This document shows, piece after piece, positions 47,381-59,700 of a stretch of 64,000 nt of DNA; the first letter of the stretch is position 1; every line of letters begins with the position of its first letter. The notes beneath the pieces are model-generated. The model was not told where the DNA came from, made no database searches, and was given only the letters and a program-made list of their open reading frames with translations. Location: assembly GCA_964035545.1 (NCBI GenBank), contig OZ037765.1, positions 30,131,504 through 30,195,503 of the forward strand, given 5' to 3'. The position numbers and the translations under genes were made by a program. Source of the DNA: Bugula neritina (Eukaryota; Animalia; Bryozoa).

Positions 47381-47798
47381 TGTGGGCTGCTCACACTTGA
47401 TTACCTGTATCACCTCATTAGCTAAAACAGCTTGCACTTCTCCATCTCATAATCTCCATCAGCATCATTGTTACAAAATATTGTTGCCGTATTCTTGCTA
47501 GCCACAAGCTATTATTAGACTAATAATTAATTGAGAGATTTCAAGTTTAAAATTGAAAAACAATACAGATAAAGTTGGCCATCACTGAGCCATAAATTAT
47601 GGCAACAAAAGTGAATAATTTTTTATTATTGCCATGACAACGGAGCATAGGGAGGACAGTTGGATGATGTATTTGAGAGAGGTATAGGTGCAATGTCACG
47701 GATCATTGTTCAGAGGCATTGCCGTGGAGCAACCCTAGTAACATACACTGACATGTCATATCTTAATATTGGTGCTTTTTAGAAGAAATACGAGAAAG

Positions 47799-50700
47799 AT
47801 GAGGGTCCTCTTGGGACTAATGGTAGCTACGCTGGCAGCAGCACAATGTAAGTAAAGTCAGCGTTATTTCTAAACTCTTTTATACATGTTTCCAACTGAA
47901 CTTACATTATATATACTGTAGAAGAGATTGCTTTTTGAGTTTTTGTTTTATATATTGGGCACACCCATGCATAATAAATAAACTCCCAAAATAAAGAGTT
48001 AAAGAATTTTAATGAAATTGACAAAAGTTATCACAAAGACATGCATGGCTGAAAATTGTAGGTTAAATTTGTAACTCATTTATTAAAACTGTATCCTGTA
48101 ACATAGACCCTGACCTACTGTTTGAATTATTCTGATCATCGGAGTAACTTTTATTTTTTATGTCATGCCAACACATAAAATATGTTTTGTTTTATTAAAG
48201 AATAAAATTTCACTTATCCGAGTTAATCACAATTCTGAAAATGGTAGTTACATTGTGGAACGTCATAATAAATCTTTTGTCTGACTGTTTTATTGACAGG
48301 TAGTTTTCCTAATCTATAAATAGACAGTTCCACAATATTTATTGAAGTTTTCTAGCAAACATATCTTATATTACCAAACCGTTAAGAGAAGTTTTTCTAA
48401 TGTTTCTATAAAATAATTACCCCCACTGGGACTCAAACCACAGACCTGGACCTTGCAAGCAGGCTTGCTAACTAATTACACCACAGGGACTCCCAGGTAA
48501 TCACAATGGTACATTTTCTAAGTTGAGCAATGCTTCTTTTGCAGCTACTGTATGGGAAATACCACTAGAAACCATATTCTCTGGAAACAACATAACAGCA
48601 AGATCAAATCCTTCAAAGTCAGCGGACAGGGCAGCATCTTATGTAGACTTTAATATCCAAGTCAAACCAGGAATATTACAGAGTTTCCAGTATTACATAT
48701 ACAATCCATATAACTACGCCAGATCTCAAAGAGTTTGGTTTCAAATATGGGAGATCAAAGAACAACTTTTCCACGGAGGTACCAACGCATTACTAAATAC
48801 TTCCTTGGAATTAATATACGAGACTTCAACCACCACTGGCACTGCTAATGGCGTTTACACGGTGAGTCATTTCTCTCACCATTCAGATGTTTGTCTAGTT
48901 TTAGCTTATGGTGTGAGGGAAACAAAAGTTTGTGAAAAGATTCATAAAACCAGATTCTTCAACTTATAGTGGTTGATAAACTCAAAGCAATGTGTATTTT
49001 TATTACAAATATATCATAATTTATGATATTGCATAATTACTGTATTTTATATACATATTCATTATCCTAGCACAGCAATATGTTGACTATTATGAACAGT
49101 TTTGTAGCTTAAAATCATAGCGAACTTCCTTTTAGGTGTTGGAGTTGTTTGAACATACAGTTTTTCAATTAAGTATGTTAAAAATGAATATTATAACTTA
49201 TTGAAAGATTTTTTGCCGTAAATTGCAGAAGATAATCTGAGGATAGGTAGTGCTAAGCTCACGGATCAGGTTTATAGCATTTATGATTCCCTTTAATCTC
49301 ATATCTTAGTGCCAGCAAATGGCTCCTTGCAGCCCTCCCGGCCTCAATTGATTTTATTTGTTAACCAACATCGTAAGCTAGGAATGGTGCTCTAGTGGCA
49401 AGATTAGCTCTAATAAATTTAAAATTATTTTCATACTTGCAGTAGATAAAGATTTGTATTTTATACTCTACTTTTATTTAATAGGTACCAGTGACCGATA
49501 GACCAGTTATTAAGAGAGGACAACTTCTAGGATTTGCTACTAGCAGCCGAACCATTCCATTCACATTTGACTATGCTAGTTCAGGAAAGAAGGTGGTGCC
49601 TATTGATGGCACTTCCCTGCCACAAGTTGGTGATAACAGAGCAGCCCTCGACAATGAAGGGGAGAGAATAGTCTATTCTATTGGAGCAGTCACTGATCCT
49701 AGTATGTTGTCTTCTCTTTTAAAAATTATCATTTTAAAAATAGGATTCTAAAAATTAGATCTAGATTTAAAAACCTCGATTTGCTGAGTAGTTGTAATTG
49801 GACAAGTATAGTAGGTAATAGGTTGCTATACTTTTGGGTTGAAGTTGTTTTATCTAAAAAAAATTCTGGCCACAAAAGCATACGAAACAAATGAGCACAC
49901 AACTCCGAATTCACTTGTTTAAATTCGCTTCAGACTTTGTTGCATTTCATAAAAAAACAAACAGCTTTTTACTTTCTGTTTTAAAAATGCAACTTTGAGA
50001 TGTAAAAATCTAAGAAGGATGTTAAGGATAATAATATGTTGTAAATTGGGTTGAATATCTATTGCTTATACTGAACATTCCCTGATTTTGGAATGACCTA
50101 TATAATTTAGGATAGGTATAATGGTGGAAGGCCATAAATTAAAGTGATAATATATTATGTCCTGTGCATGCTCATAGTCTACCATTTAATTGTCTACTGT
50201 TCTTTCTACTGTAGTTGACCCTGAAGACCCAGAATACAGCACCCTTCCACCCTGTGATCCTAGTGGCAATGGCAATGGCTATGGCTATGGATATGGATAT
50301 GCATGCAGTAAGCTCCCTCTTTATTATATTATATTTATTTTAGAACTAAAGCTTTAAAAAGAAAACAATTACTAACACAAGTTAGTAATATGAGTTTTCA
50401 CTATTAATCTCCTAAGGAACCTGTTGTTGCAGATAACATGGGTGCCACTGGTGCAACTGGTGCATCTGGAGCCCCTGGTGAAGATGGTGCGCCTGGAGCT
50501 CCTGGTGTCCAGGGAGACAGAGGAGAGACTGGAATGAAAGGAGATGATGGGGAAGACGGACAAAATGGAGAGACAGGTGCAACTGGTGCTCCAGGCGCTT
50601 CAGGAGCACCCGGTCTACCCGGAGAGTCTGGGAGAGATGGTGTAGACGGCCAGTCTGGGCAGCCAGGTACAGAAAGCCTTTATGGCGAAAAGAAAATACT

Positions 50701-53700
50701 AGGAAATTCACTGTTGACTGAACAAAGCTATGTAACTTATTGACTATAATATTATTATGAATATTTCAGGTGCACCTGGAAATCCTGGAGCTAAGGGAGA
50801 GCAGGGCAACCCAGGGGCTGATGGATTTGATGGAAAGGATGGTGCTAAGGGAGAACGTGGTGAACAAGGAAGCTCGGGAGTACCTGGTAACGATGGAAAT
50901 CCTGGTAGAGATGGCCAACCTGGTCAAGATGGCCGAGATGGCAATGATGGTAGAGACGGTCAACCTGGTGAAACTGGAGCTCCTGGAGAACGTGGAGCAC
51001 CTGGTAGCTCCGGGCGACCTGGAGAACGTGGCCAAGATGGTAATCCTGGAAGAGATGGAGAGAGAGGTGAACCTGGTCAACCTGGTTCTCCAGGACAAGA
51101 TGGGTTGCCCGGTAATGATGGTGCTAACGGGAGTCCCGGTGCAAGCGGAGCACCAGGCTTAGATGGTGAAAGGGGAGAAAAAGGAGATCAAGGTAACCCA
51201 GGCTCTCCTGGCTCACCGGGTTTAGATGGCAAAGATGGCTTAGATGGGCGAGATGGGCAGGATGGAGCGCCAGGTGAACGTGGAGAACCTGGAGCTCCTG
51301 GTCAATCAGGTACTCAAGGTCTTCCAGGAGATAGAGGATCAGATGGCGCACCAGGAGAGAGAGGTCAAGATGGTAGAGATGGAGTTCCCGGTTTAAACGG
51401 TCAACCAGGAGAAACTGGAGCTCGAGGAGAACCTGGTCAACCTGGACAACCAGGTAGCAAAGGAGACAGAGGTGAGCCAGGAACACCTGGAAGAGATGCA
51501 GCTGATGGAAGAGATGGACTACCTGGTAGACCAGGAGATCGAGGAGAACCCGGAACCCCTGGACGTGATGGAGTTGATGGACAAGATGGCAGAGATGGTA
51601 TTGATGGTAAAGATGGACAGGATGGTCTAAAGGGAGATCGTGGAGCTCCTGGAGAGCCAGGTCAATCAGGAAGAGATGGCATTCCAGGACAAAGTGGAGC
51701 TGATGGAATTCCAGGTCAGCCTGGTGAAAGAGGTGAAGCAGGGCAACCCGGTCAAACAGGTGCACCTGGATCTGATGGACAACCAGGAAATGATGGAACC
51801 GATGGAAGAGATGGTAACCCTGGTGAGCCTGGTCGAGATGGGGACAGAGGAGAGCCTGGACAACCTGGACAGCGTGGTGCAGATGGTAGTGATGGAAAAG
51901 ATGGACTTCCAGGTAGAGACGGAGCACCAGGTGATCGAGGTAGCCCAGGACAAAGTGGTGCTCCAGGTGAAAGAGGATCAGATGGGGCACCTGGCTTGCC
52001 AGGCACTCCGGGTGAGAGAGGTAACGATGGGCGACCCGGTGTTGATGGAAATACAGGAGCTCCAGGTCAGCCAGGACAACGCGGTGAATCTGGCACTCCT
52101 GGTTCAGATGGAAATGATGGAACACCAGGTGTTGATGGTCAACCTGGACAGCCAGGTGAAAGAGGGCAACCTGGTCAAGATGGTCGCCCTGGTGAACGGG
52201 GAGACGCTGGAGCTCCAGGACAAGATGGTAATCCTGGAAGAGATGGTGATAGAGGACAAGATGGTGCACCGGGTAATCCTGGTAGAGATGGACAAGATGG
52301 TAGACCTGGAGATCGAGGTGCTGATGGTCAACCTGGCGCACCAGGTTTTGATGGCAGAGATGGGGCTAAAGGAGACAGGGGTGCTCCTGGAGAGCCTGGA
52401 CAAGATGGTAGAGATGGTACTAATGGTCAAGATGGAAGAGATGGTATTGATGGAGCACCAGGTCTGCAAGGTGCCCAAGGAGCTCCTGGAACCCCAGGTG
52501 CTGATGGTCAAAAGGGGGCTGCAGGTGAACCAGGAAGAGATGGTTTGCCAGGAGAAAGGGGAGAGCCTGGTCAATCAGGAGCTCCTGGCTCAGATGGAAG
52601 AGATGGAGCCACCGGACAGCCTGGAGCACCAGGCCTTCCTGGAAAAGACGCATCACCAGGATTGAATGGTGAAAATGGTTTACCTGGTGAAAGAGGAGAA
52701 ACAGGAGCACCTGGAGCTCCAGGTCAAGATGGTGCACCAGGAGACTCTGGAAGAGATGGTGCTGATGGACGAGATGGAGCTCCAGGCGAACGCGGTTCTC
52801 CTGGGCTTCCAGGTGCTGATGGTCAAGATGGAGCACCAGGGTTGCGAGGTAAATATTAGTATTATAAATAGCTGCTGTCAATCACCCACTTTATGTAAAC
52901 ATGAAGTTGAAATAGTTCCTTCAAGTCTTAAAAACATAGCTGCTTAATGATAATGTTTTTTATTGGAGGCAGTTGTAAGCATCTCCATTCTTTATGAGTT
53001 GCTTGTTACTAGGGCAACAATACACTGGAGATTTTCATTTGTCTGATGACTAATTATTTATATCTCAGGTGACACTGGAGCACCGGGAACTCGCGGTCAA
53101 GATGGAAGACCTGGAAACGACGGAAGACCAGGCAATGATGGCAGACCTGGAAATCCAGGTGAGCCAGGACAAGATGGTATCCCAGGAAGAGATGGAAAAG
53201 ATGGTGAACCAGGAGCAGATGGCACTCCTGGACAATCCGGATCACCAGGACAACCTGGTCAAAGAGGTGAACAAGGAGCTCCCGGACAAAGCGGAGCTCC
53301 AGGTCAAGATGGTAATCCTGGAAGAGATGGTGATAGAGGACAAGATGGTGCACCGGGTAATCCTGGTAGAGACGGACAAGATGGTAGACCTGGAGATCGA
53401 GGTTCTGATGGTCAACCTGGCGCACCAGGCTTAGATGGCAGTGATGGTGCTAAAGGAGACAGAGGTGCTCCTGGAGAACCTGGACAAGACGGAAGGGATG
53501 GTGCTAATGGTCAAGATGGTAGAGATGGTATTGATGGGTTACCAGGAGCTGATGGAACTGATGGGCGTGATGGTGACAGAGGTAAAATATCATTCTAATT
53601 AGTGCATGAACATAATATATTGTATGTGTTTTAGCAAATTGAGTGCATTGCTTATGATTTCCGAAATGCTACCACAAATTAAAGTGGCGGTAAAGCATTT

Positions 53701-56700
53701 TTAAATAAAACATAACTGTTTATCTACAATGATTTAAATCTTCAAAGTTCAAAATTATACTAAAACAGAGTTCACTAACATCCTTGTCTTCACTGCCTTT
53801 CTTGCTATCATAGGTGCCCCAGGACAACCTGGCCAACGAGGTGAAGCAGGGACTCCTGGATTAGATGGCAGACCCGGAGATCGAGGTCTACCTGGTGCAG
53901 ACGGCCAAGATGGGCGACCAGGTAATCCAGGTACACCGGGTGCTGATGGAGAAAATGGACAAGATGGTGCTCCAGGTTTACCTGGTGCTACTGGCTTAAG
54001 AGGAGAACCAGGAACTCCCGGAGAAAGAGGACAGGACGGACAACCAGGAAATGATGGTCTTCCAGGTCAAGATGGCTCACCTGGTGCACCTGGCTTAAAT
54101 GGAGCACCAGGTGAACGAGGAGATTCTGGAGCTCCAGGAAGAGATGGTAATCCTGGAAGAGATGGTGATAGAGGACAAGATGGTGCACCGGGTAATCCTG
54201 GTAGAGATGGACAAGATGGAAGACCTGGAGATCGAGGTGCTGATGGTCAACCTGGAGCACCAGGCTTAGATGGTAGTGATGGAGCTAAAGGAGACAGAGG
54301 TGCTCCTGGAGAACCTGGACAAGATGGTAGAGATGGACAAGATGGAGCAGATGGTTTGCCAGGATCAGATGGACTTCCCGGGCAGAATGGTTTACCAGGT
54401 TAGTTTTTTTCTACTTTTTGCATTCCAAACAGTGTGACACTGTAAACGTGCTACTGAAGACAATTTCGAACTTATAAAAAATGTTTTAGAAGTATATTTT
54501 ATTTTTTCTAGGTGAGCGTGGCTCTGATGGCTTGCCAGGAGCACCTGGTGAACGTGGACAACCGGGGTCTCCCGGTCAACAAGGCCAGCCAGGAGAGAGA
54601 GGCCAGGCTGGAGCTCCAGGACAAGACGGTAATCCTGGAAGAGATGGTGACAGAGGACAAGATGGTGCACCGGGTAACCCTGGAAGAGACGGACAAGATG
54701 GAAGACCTGGAGATCGAGGTGCTGATGGTCAACCTGGCACACCAGGCTTAGATGGCAGTGATGGTGCTCCAGGAGAAAGAGGTGCTCCTGGAGAACCTGG
54801 ACAAGATGGTATAGATGGCACTAATGGCCAAGATGGTAAAGATGGTAATGATGGTGCTCCTGGATTAGATGGTGAACCAGGTTAGCTCAGTTTCATCGTC
54901 TTCGGTTTTCAGTTAGAAAATGTTCCATATATTTGGGTGCTGAAAATAATTGCTATGTACTGCCTTTGTAATTTTTAAAATATTATTTGCTTTGTTACTT
55001 TGGAATTCATTTTAAAATTTTATTCTAGGTGCTTCCGGTGCCCCAGGACGTGATGGAAATGATGGGAGAGATGGACAACCTGGTTTGCGTGGTGAGCCAG
55101 GTAGTCCTGGAAGAGATGGAGATCGAGGTGCTGATGGAGCTCCTGGACTTAATGGGCAAGATGGAAGAGATGGAGCTCCAGGTCAGCCTGGTAATGATGG
55201 TCAGCCTGGGAACCCTGGCCAAGATGGTGCTCCAGGACAGAATGGCCAAGATGGACAACCGGGTATTCCTGGACAAGACGGACAAAGAGGTGCTGATGGG
55301 CAGAAAGGTGACAGAGGACAGGATGGTCAAGATGGAAGAGATGGAAATCCCGGAGCACCAGGTGATCGAGGAGCACCAGGAGCCCCAGGTGAGCCTGGAC
55401 AAAGAGGAGAGGCTGGGGCACCAGGTGACAGGGGGGCAACTGGTCAACCAGGAAATCCTGGACAAGATGGCAGAGATGGATTAAATGGTGCAGATGGAAG
55501 AGATGGCACAGATGGTCAGCCTGGAAGAGATGGAGAAAAGGGTGCTGCCGGTGAATCTGGCCGAGATGGTTCCCCTGGAGTAGATGGGCAACCAGGGCAA
55601 GCTGGAGCTGATGGGCTGCCTGGTGCTCCTGGTTTAAGGGGAGATACTGGAGCACCTGGTCAAAGAGGAGAACCAGGAAGAGATGGACAAAATGGCCAAG
55701 ATGGAGTCGATGGTCGTCCCGGAGACCGAGGACAAGATGGACAGCCAGGTCAACCTGGTCAGGATGGATTACCTGGTCAAGATGGACAACCTGGTGAACC
55801 TGGTTTAGATGGAAGAAACGGAGAAGATGGTCGTCCAGGTAGAAATGGAGAGAGGGGAGCACCAGGCTCGCCTGGTGAGCCAGGAACTGATGGCTTGCCT
55901 GGCCAAACAGGTTTGCCAGGTGCACGTGGTGCTAAGGGCGAAAGTGGAGTTCAGGGATATGATGGAGCTAGAGGAGCAACAGGAGTAGCTGGAAGACCTG
56001 GTGAAACAGGACAGCCAGGTGCACCCGGTTCTCCTGGAGAAAGAGGTCTTCCTGGTCAAGATGGCATAGATGGGCGTCCTGGTGAAAATGGACAAGATGG
56101 GCAACCTGGTGAACGTGGACAACCCGGAGATCAAGGATTGCAAGGAGAACCTGGCCAAGCTGGTGAACCTGGTATACAAGGTGCACCTGGTGTCCCAGGA
56201 GAGCGTGGTGCTGACGGACAAGCTGGAGCTACTGGTGCCCCAGGAGCACCAGGCACACCAGGCGAAAGAGGTGAAAATGGTCGAGATGGTGTAGATGGGC
56301 AACCAGGTATTGATGGACTGCCAGGTGCTCAAGGAGAAAGTGGCTTACCAGGTAGAGATGGTCAGGATGGTGCTGATGGAGCACCTGGGTTGCCTGGACA
56401 AGACGGTAATGATGGAGCACCAGGCTTGCGAGGTGACTCAGGCTCTCCTGGAACTCCTGGACTTCCTGGTGCTAAAGGAGACCCTGGAAGAGATGGTATA
56501 GATGGTCGTGATGGTCAAGATGGACGACCAGGACAACCCGGTAATGATGGACTTCCAGGCAATGACGGCCGGGATGGTGTTGATGGACAGCCTGGAGCTA
56601 TTGGTGTACCTGGTCAAGATGGAAACGATGGAAGGGATGGTGCCCCTGGTGAACGGGGTGCTACTGGTGTAGCAGGCATCCCAGGAGTTCCTGGTAAGTC

Positions 56701-59700
56701 TTAGTGAAATTTGTCACTTGAGAGTACAAACCGATGACTCAACTTTCAAAAAATTAATCTATTAACAATAACTATATATTTGTTGGCAAATGAAACAAAT
56801 TGAAGTTAAATTAATTTTTTTTTACAAATATATTTACACCTGTGTGCATTGCTGATTTACACTTATGTTGCAACAATTTTATAAAACAGTTTTTTATAAT
56901 GCTTATATTTTATAGGAAACGATGGAGCTCCAGGTGAACAGGGAGCTAGTGGACGCGTTGGAGCAACTGGACTGCCTGGCAGAGATGGTGAAAGAGGTCA
57001 ACCTGGAGCACCTGGTAATGATGGTCTTCCTGGAAATGACGGTCAACCTGGGCTGCAAGGTCAACCAGGTGATCGTGGTCAACCTGGTACACCTGGGCAA
57101 GATGGTCGACCCGGTAATGATGGCTTACCAGGTGATCGTGGACTTCAAGGTGCACAAGGAGCTCCTGGAGCTCCCGGACAAAATGGTTTGGACGGTAAAG
57201 ATGGAGTTGATGGTCTAAGAGGCGAAAAAGGAGAGTCTGGAGTCGCTGGGTTTGATGGTGCAACTGGAGCAACTGGTGCGCCAGGAGCACCTGGAAATGA
57301 TGGAGAAAGAGGATTGCCCGGTGAAAGCGGAATAAAAGGATCAGCTGGTATTGATGGCCTCCCTGGAAACGATGGACTTCCTGGAAGAGATGGTCAGCCA
57401 GGTCAAAGAGGTCAACCTGGTTCTCGAGGAGAAGTTGGTGCTCCTGGAATTGATGGAAGGGATGGAATAGATGGCATTCCAGGAGAAACAGGTAGACCAG
57501 GAAGAAATGGTAATAAAGGAGAGAAAGGAGATCAAGGAGAACGAGGCCAGGCTGGTGAAATTGGACTAACTGGTTCTACTGGTAGAGTAGGTGCTACTGG
57601 TAGTGCTGGAGTTCCCGGAGTAGATGGTACTAATGGACTACCAGGTCAAGATGGCCAGAGAGGTCAAAAAGGAGAAAGTGGTGCACAAGGTTTTGATGGT
57701 GCAACTGGATCCACAGGACAACGTGGAGCACCAGGTTTAAATGGAGCCGATGGTCTTCCAGGTGCAACTGGTTTACCTGGTCAAGATGGACAAACTGGAC
57801 AACAGGGCTTCAAGGGAGAGAAAGGAGCAAATGGTGTTGATGGAAAAGATGGTGCACCAGGACTTGTTGGTAGTACTGGACGACCAGGAGAACCAGGACG
57901 ACAAGGAGAGCAAGGTTTCCCCGGTGAAATTGGATTGACAGGAGCTACTGGTATACCTGGTGCAACTGGACAACCTGGCAATGATGGTTTACCTGGTCAA
58001 ACAGGTCAGCCAGGAGAACGAGGTGAAACAGGTTTAGATGGAGCTGCTGGTGCAACAGGAGCTACTGGTCAAGCAGGAATTCCAGGCTTAGATGGTGCCA
58101 CTGGTGAAACTGGGCAACCTGGTGAAATTGGAGCCACCGGCTTTAACGGGCAAAAAGGAGAAAGTGGTGCAGTTGGAACCGATGGGGCAACTGGCTCAAC
58201 TGGTTCAACAGGAAGAGTGGGTGCAACTGGTATACAAGGAAATGATGGTGACAAAGGTCAAAAAGGAGAAAGTGGTGCAGTTGGTTTCAACGGAGCTACA
58301 GGAGCAACTGGTCTACAAGGTGTACCAGGTATACCTGGACAAACTGGTTTACCCGGAGAACAGGGTTTCAAGGGCCAAAAAGGAGACAGCGGAGCCGCTG
58401 GAGATGTTGGTTCAACCGGCTCTACTGGTGTTGCTGGTATTCAGGGTGTTCCTGGTGAAACTGGACAAGTTGGTGCTACAGGTATCCAAGGTCTTCAGGG
58501 GCTAAAAGGAGAATCAGGTGCTGCTGGTCAAAATGGAGCTACAGGCGCTACTGGATTAACTGGTCAACCAGGTATTCAAGGTATTCCTGGAGAAACAGGA
58601 TTTAAGGGTCAGAAAGGAGAAAGTGGCGCAGTAGGATTCAATGGTGCAACTGGTGCCACTGGTGCACCTGGTCAACAAGGGCTTGACGGAGCTCAAGGTG
58701 AAAAAGGTAGCAAAGGAGAAAGTGGAATAGTTGGACTCAACGGAGCAACTGGATCCACAGGTCAGGAAGGTGTGCCTGGTTTACAAGGTGAACCCGGAAT
58801 TCAAGGTGTGAAAGGACAGAAAGGAGAAAGTGGAATTCTCGGAGAGGCTGGAGCAACAGGGGCAACTGGTATTGCTGGTACAAAGGGACTTAAAGGACAG
58901 AAGGGTGATGGAGGAGCAGATGGTAAAGATGGTAGAATTGGAGCCACTGGTCGAACTGGAAGTCAGGGAGACCAAGGAATCAAAGGAGCTGCTGGTGTTG
59001 ATGGTCGCAAAGGTGATATTGGTGCTAAAGGTATGAAAGGTGAATCAGGAATTCAAGGAACTAACGGAGCAACTGGAGCTACAGGTGTTGCTGGTGTAAC
59101 TGGTGCTGTGGGTGCCACCGGATTTAAGGGACAAAAGGGTGACAGTGGAGCACAAGGTTTTGATGGAGCCACTGGTTCCACTGGTCTACAAGGTGTCCCT
59201 GGTTTAGATGGTAATGATGGATTACCTGGTGTGAAGGGAGCCGTCGGTGAGCCTGGTCTCAGAGGGCTCAAAGGAGAATCTGGAGCAGCTGGAACTAGAG
59301 GTTCAACTGGTGCAACTGGCCGTATTGGAGAACCTGGTTTCAAAGGAGATCGTGGACAAGATGGAAATGATGGTTTTCCTGGAGCTCCTGGAGAACCTGG
59401 CATTAAAGGTCAAAAGGGAGATTTTGGTTTGCCAGGTGGGTACTTGTTCAAGATAATGATAATATTAAAATGAGTCATTTTATTTCGGAATTGTACAAAT
59501 AAAATAATATTTTGTGCTTTAGTGTATCTTGTGGTTTAGTGTATTCAGAAAAATGAGGTTTCCACTTCTACTAATAACTAAGAAATAACCAAAAATTTTG
59601 CTTTAGGTCTAAAGGGAACGAGTGGATCAAAAGGTGAGCCAGGTTTACCAGGCAGAGAGGGCTCAACTGGTTTTACTGGAGAAAAGGGAGCCGTAGGTGA

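Noticed and set aside
38889-48492. Functional tRNA genes at ~39020-39088 and ~48421-48492
   Set aside because: Stems are decayed and one is fused to a repeated body; better explained as SINE heads. tRNAscan-SE would settle it.
52195-56440. RGD motifs in the collagen as integrin ligands
   Set aside because: Expected by chance in an Arg/Asp-rich Gly-X-Y sequence and normally cryptic in a triple helix.
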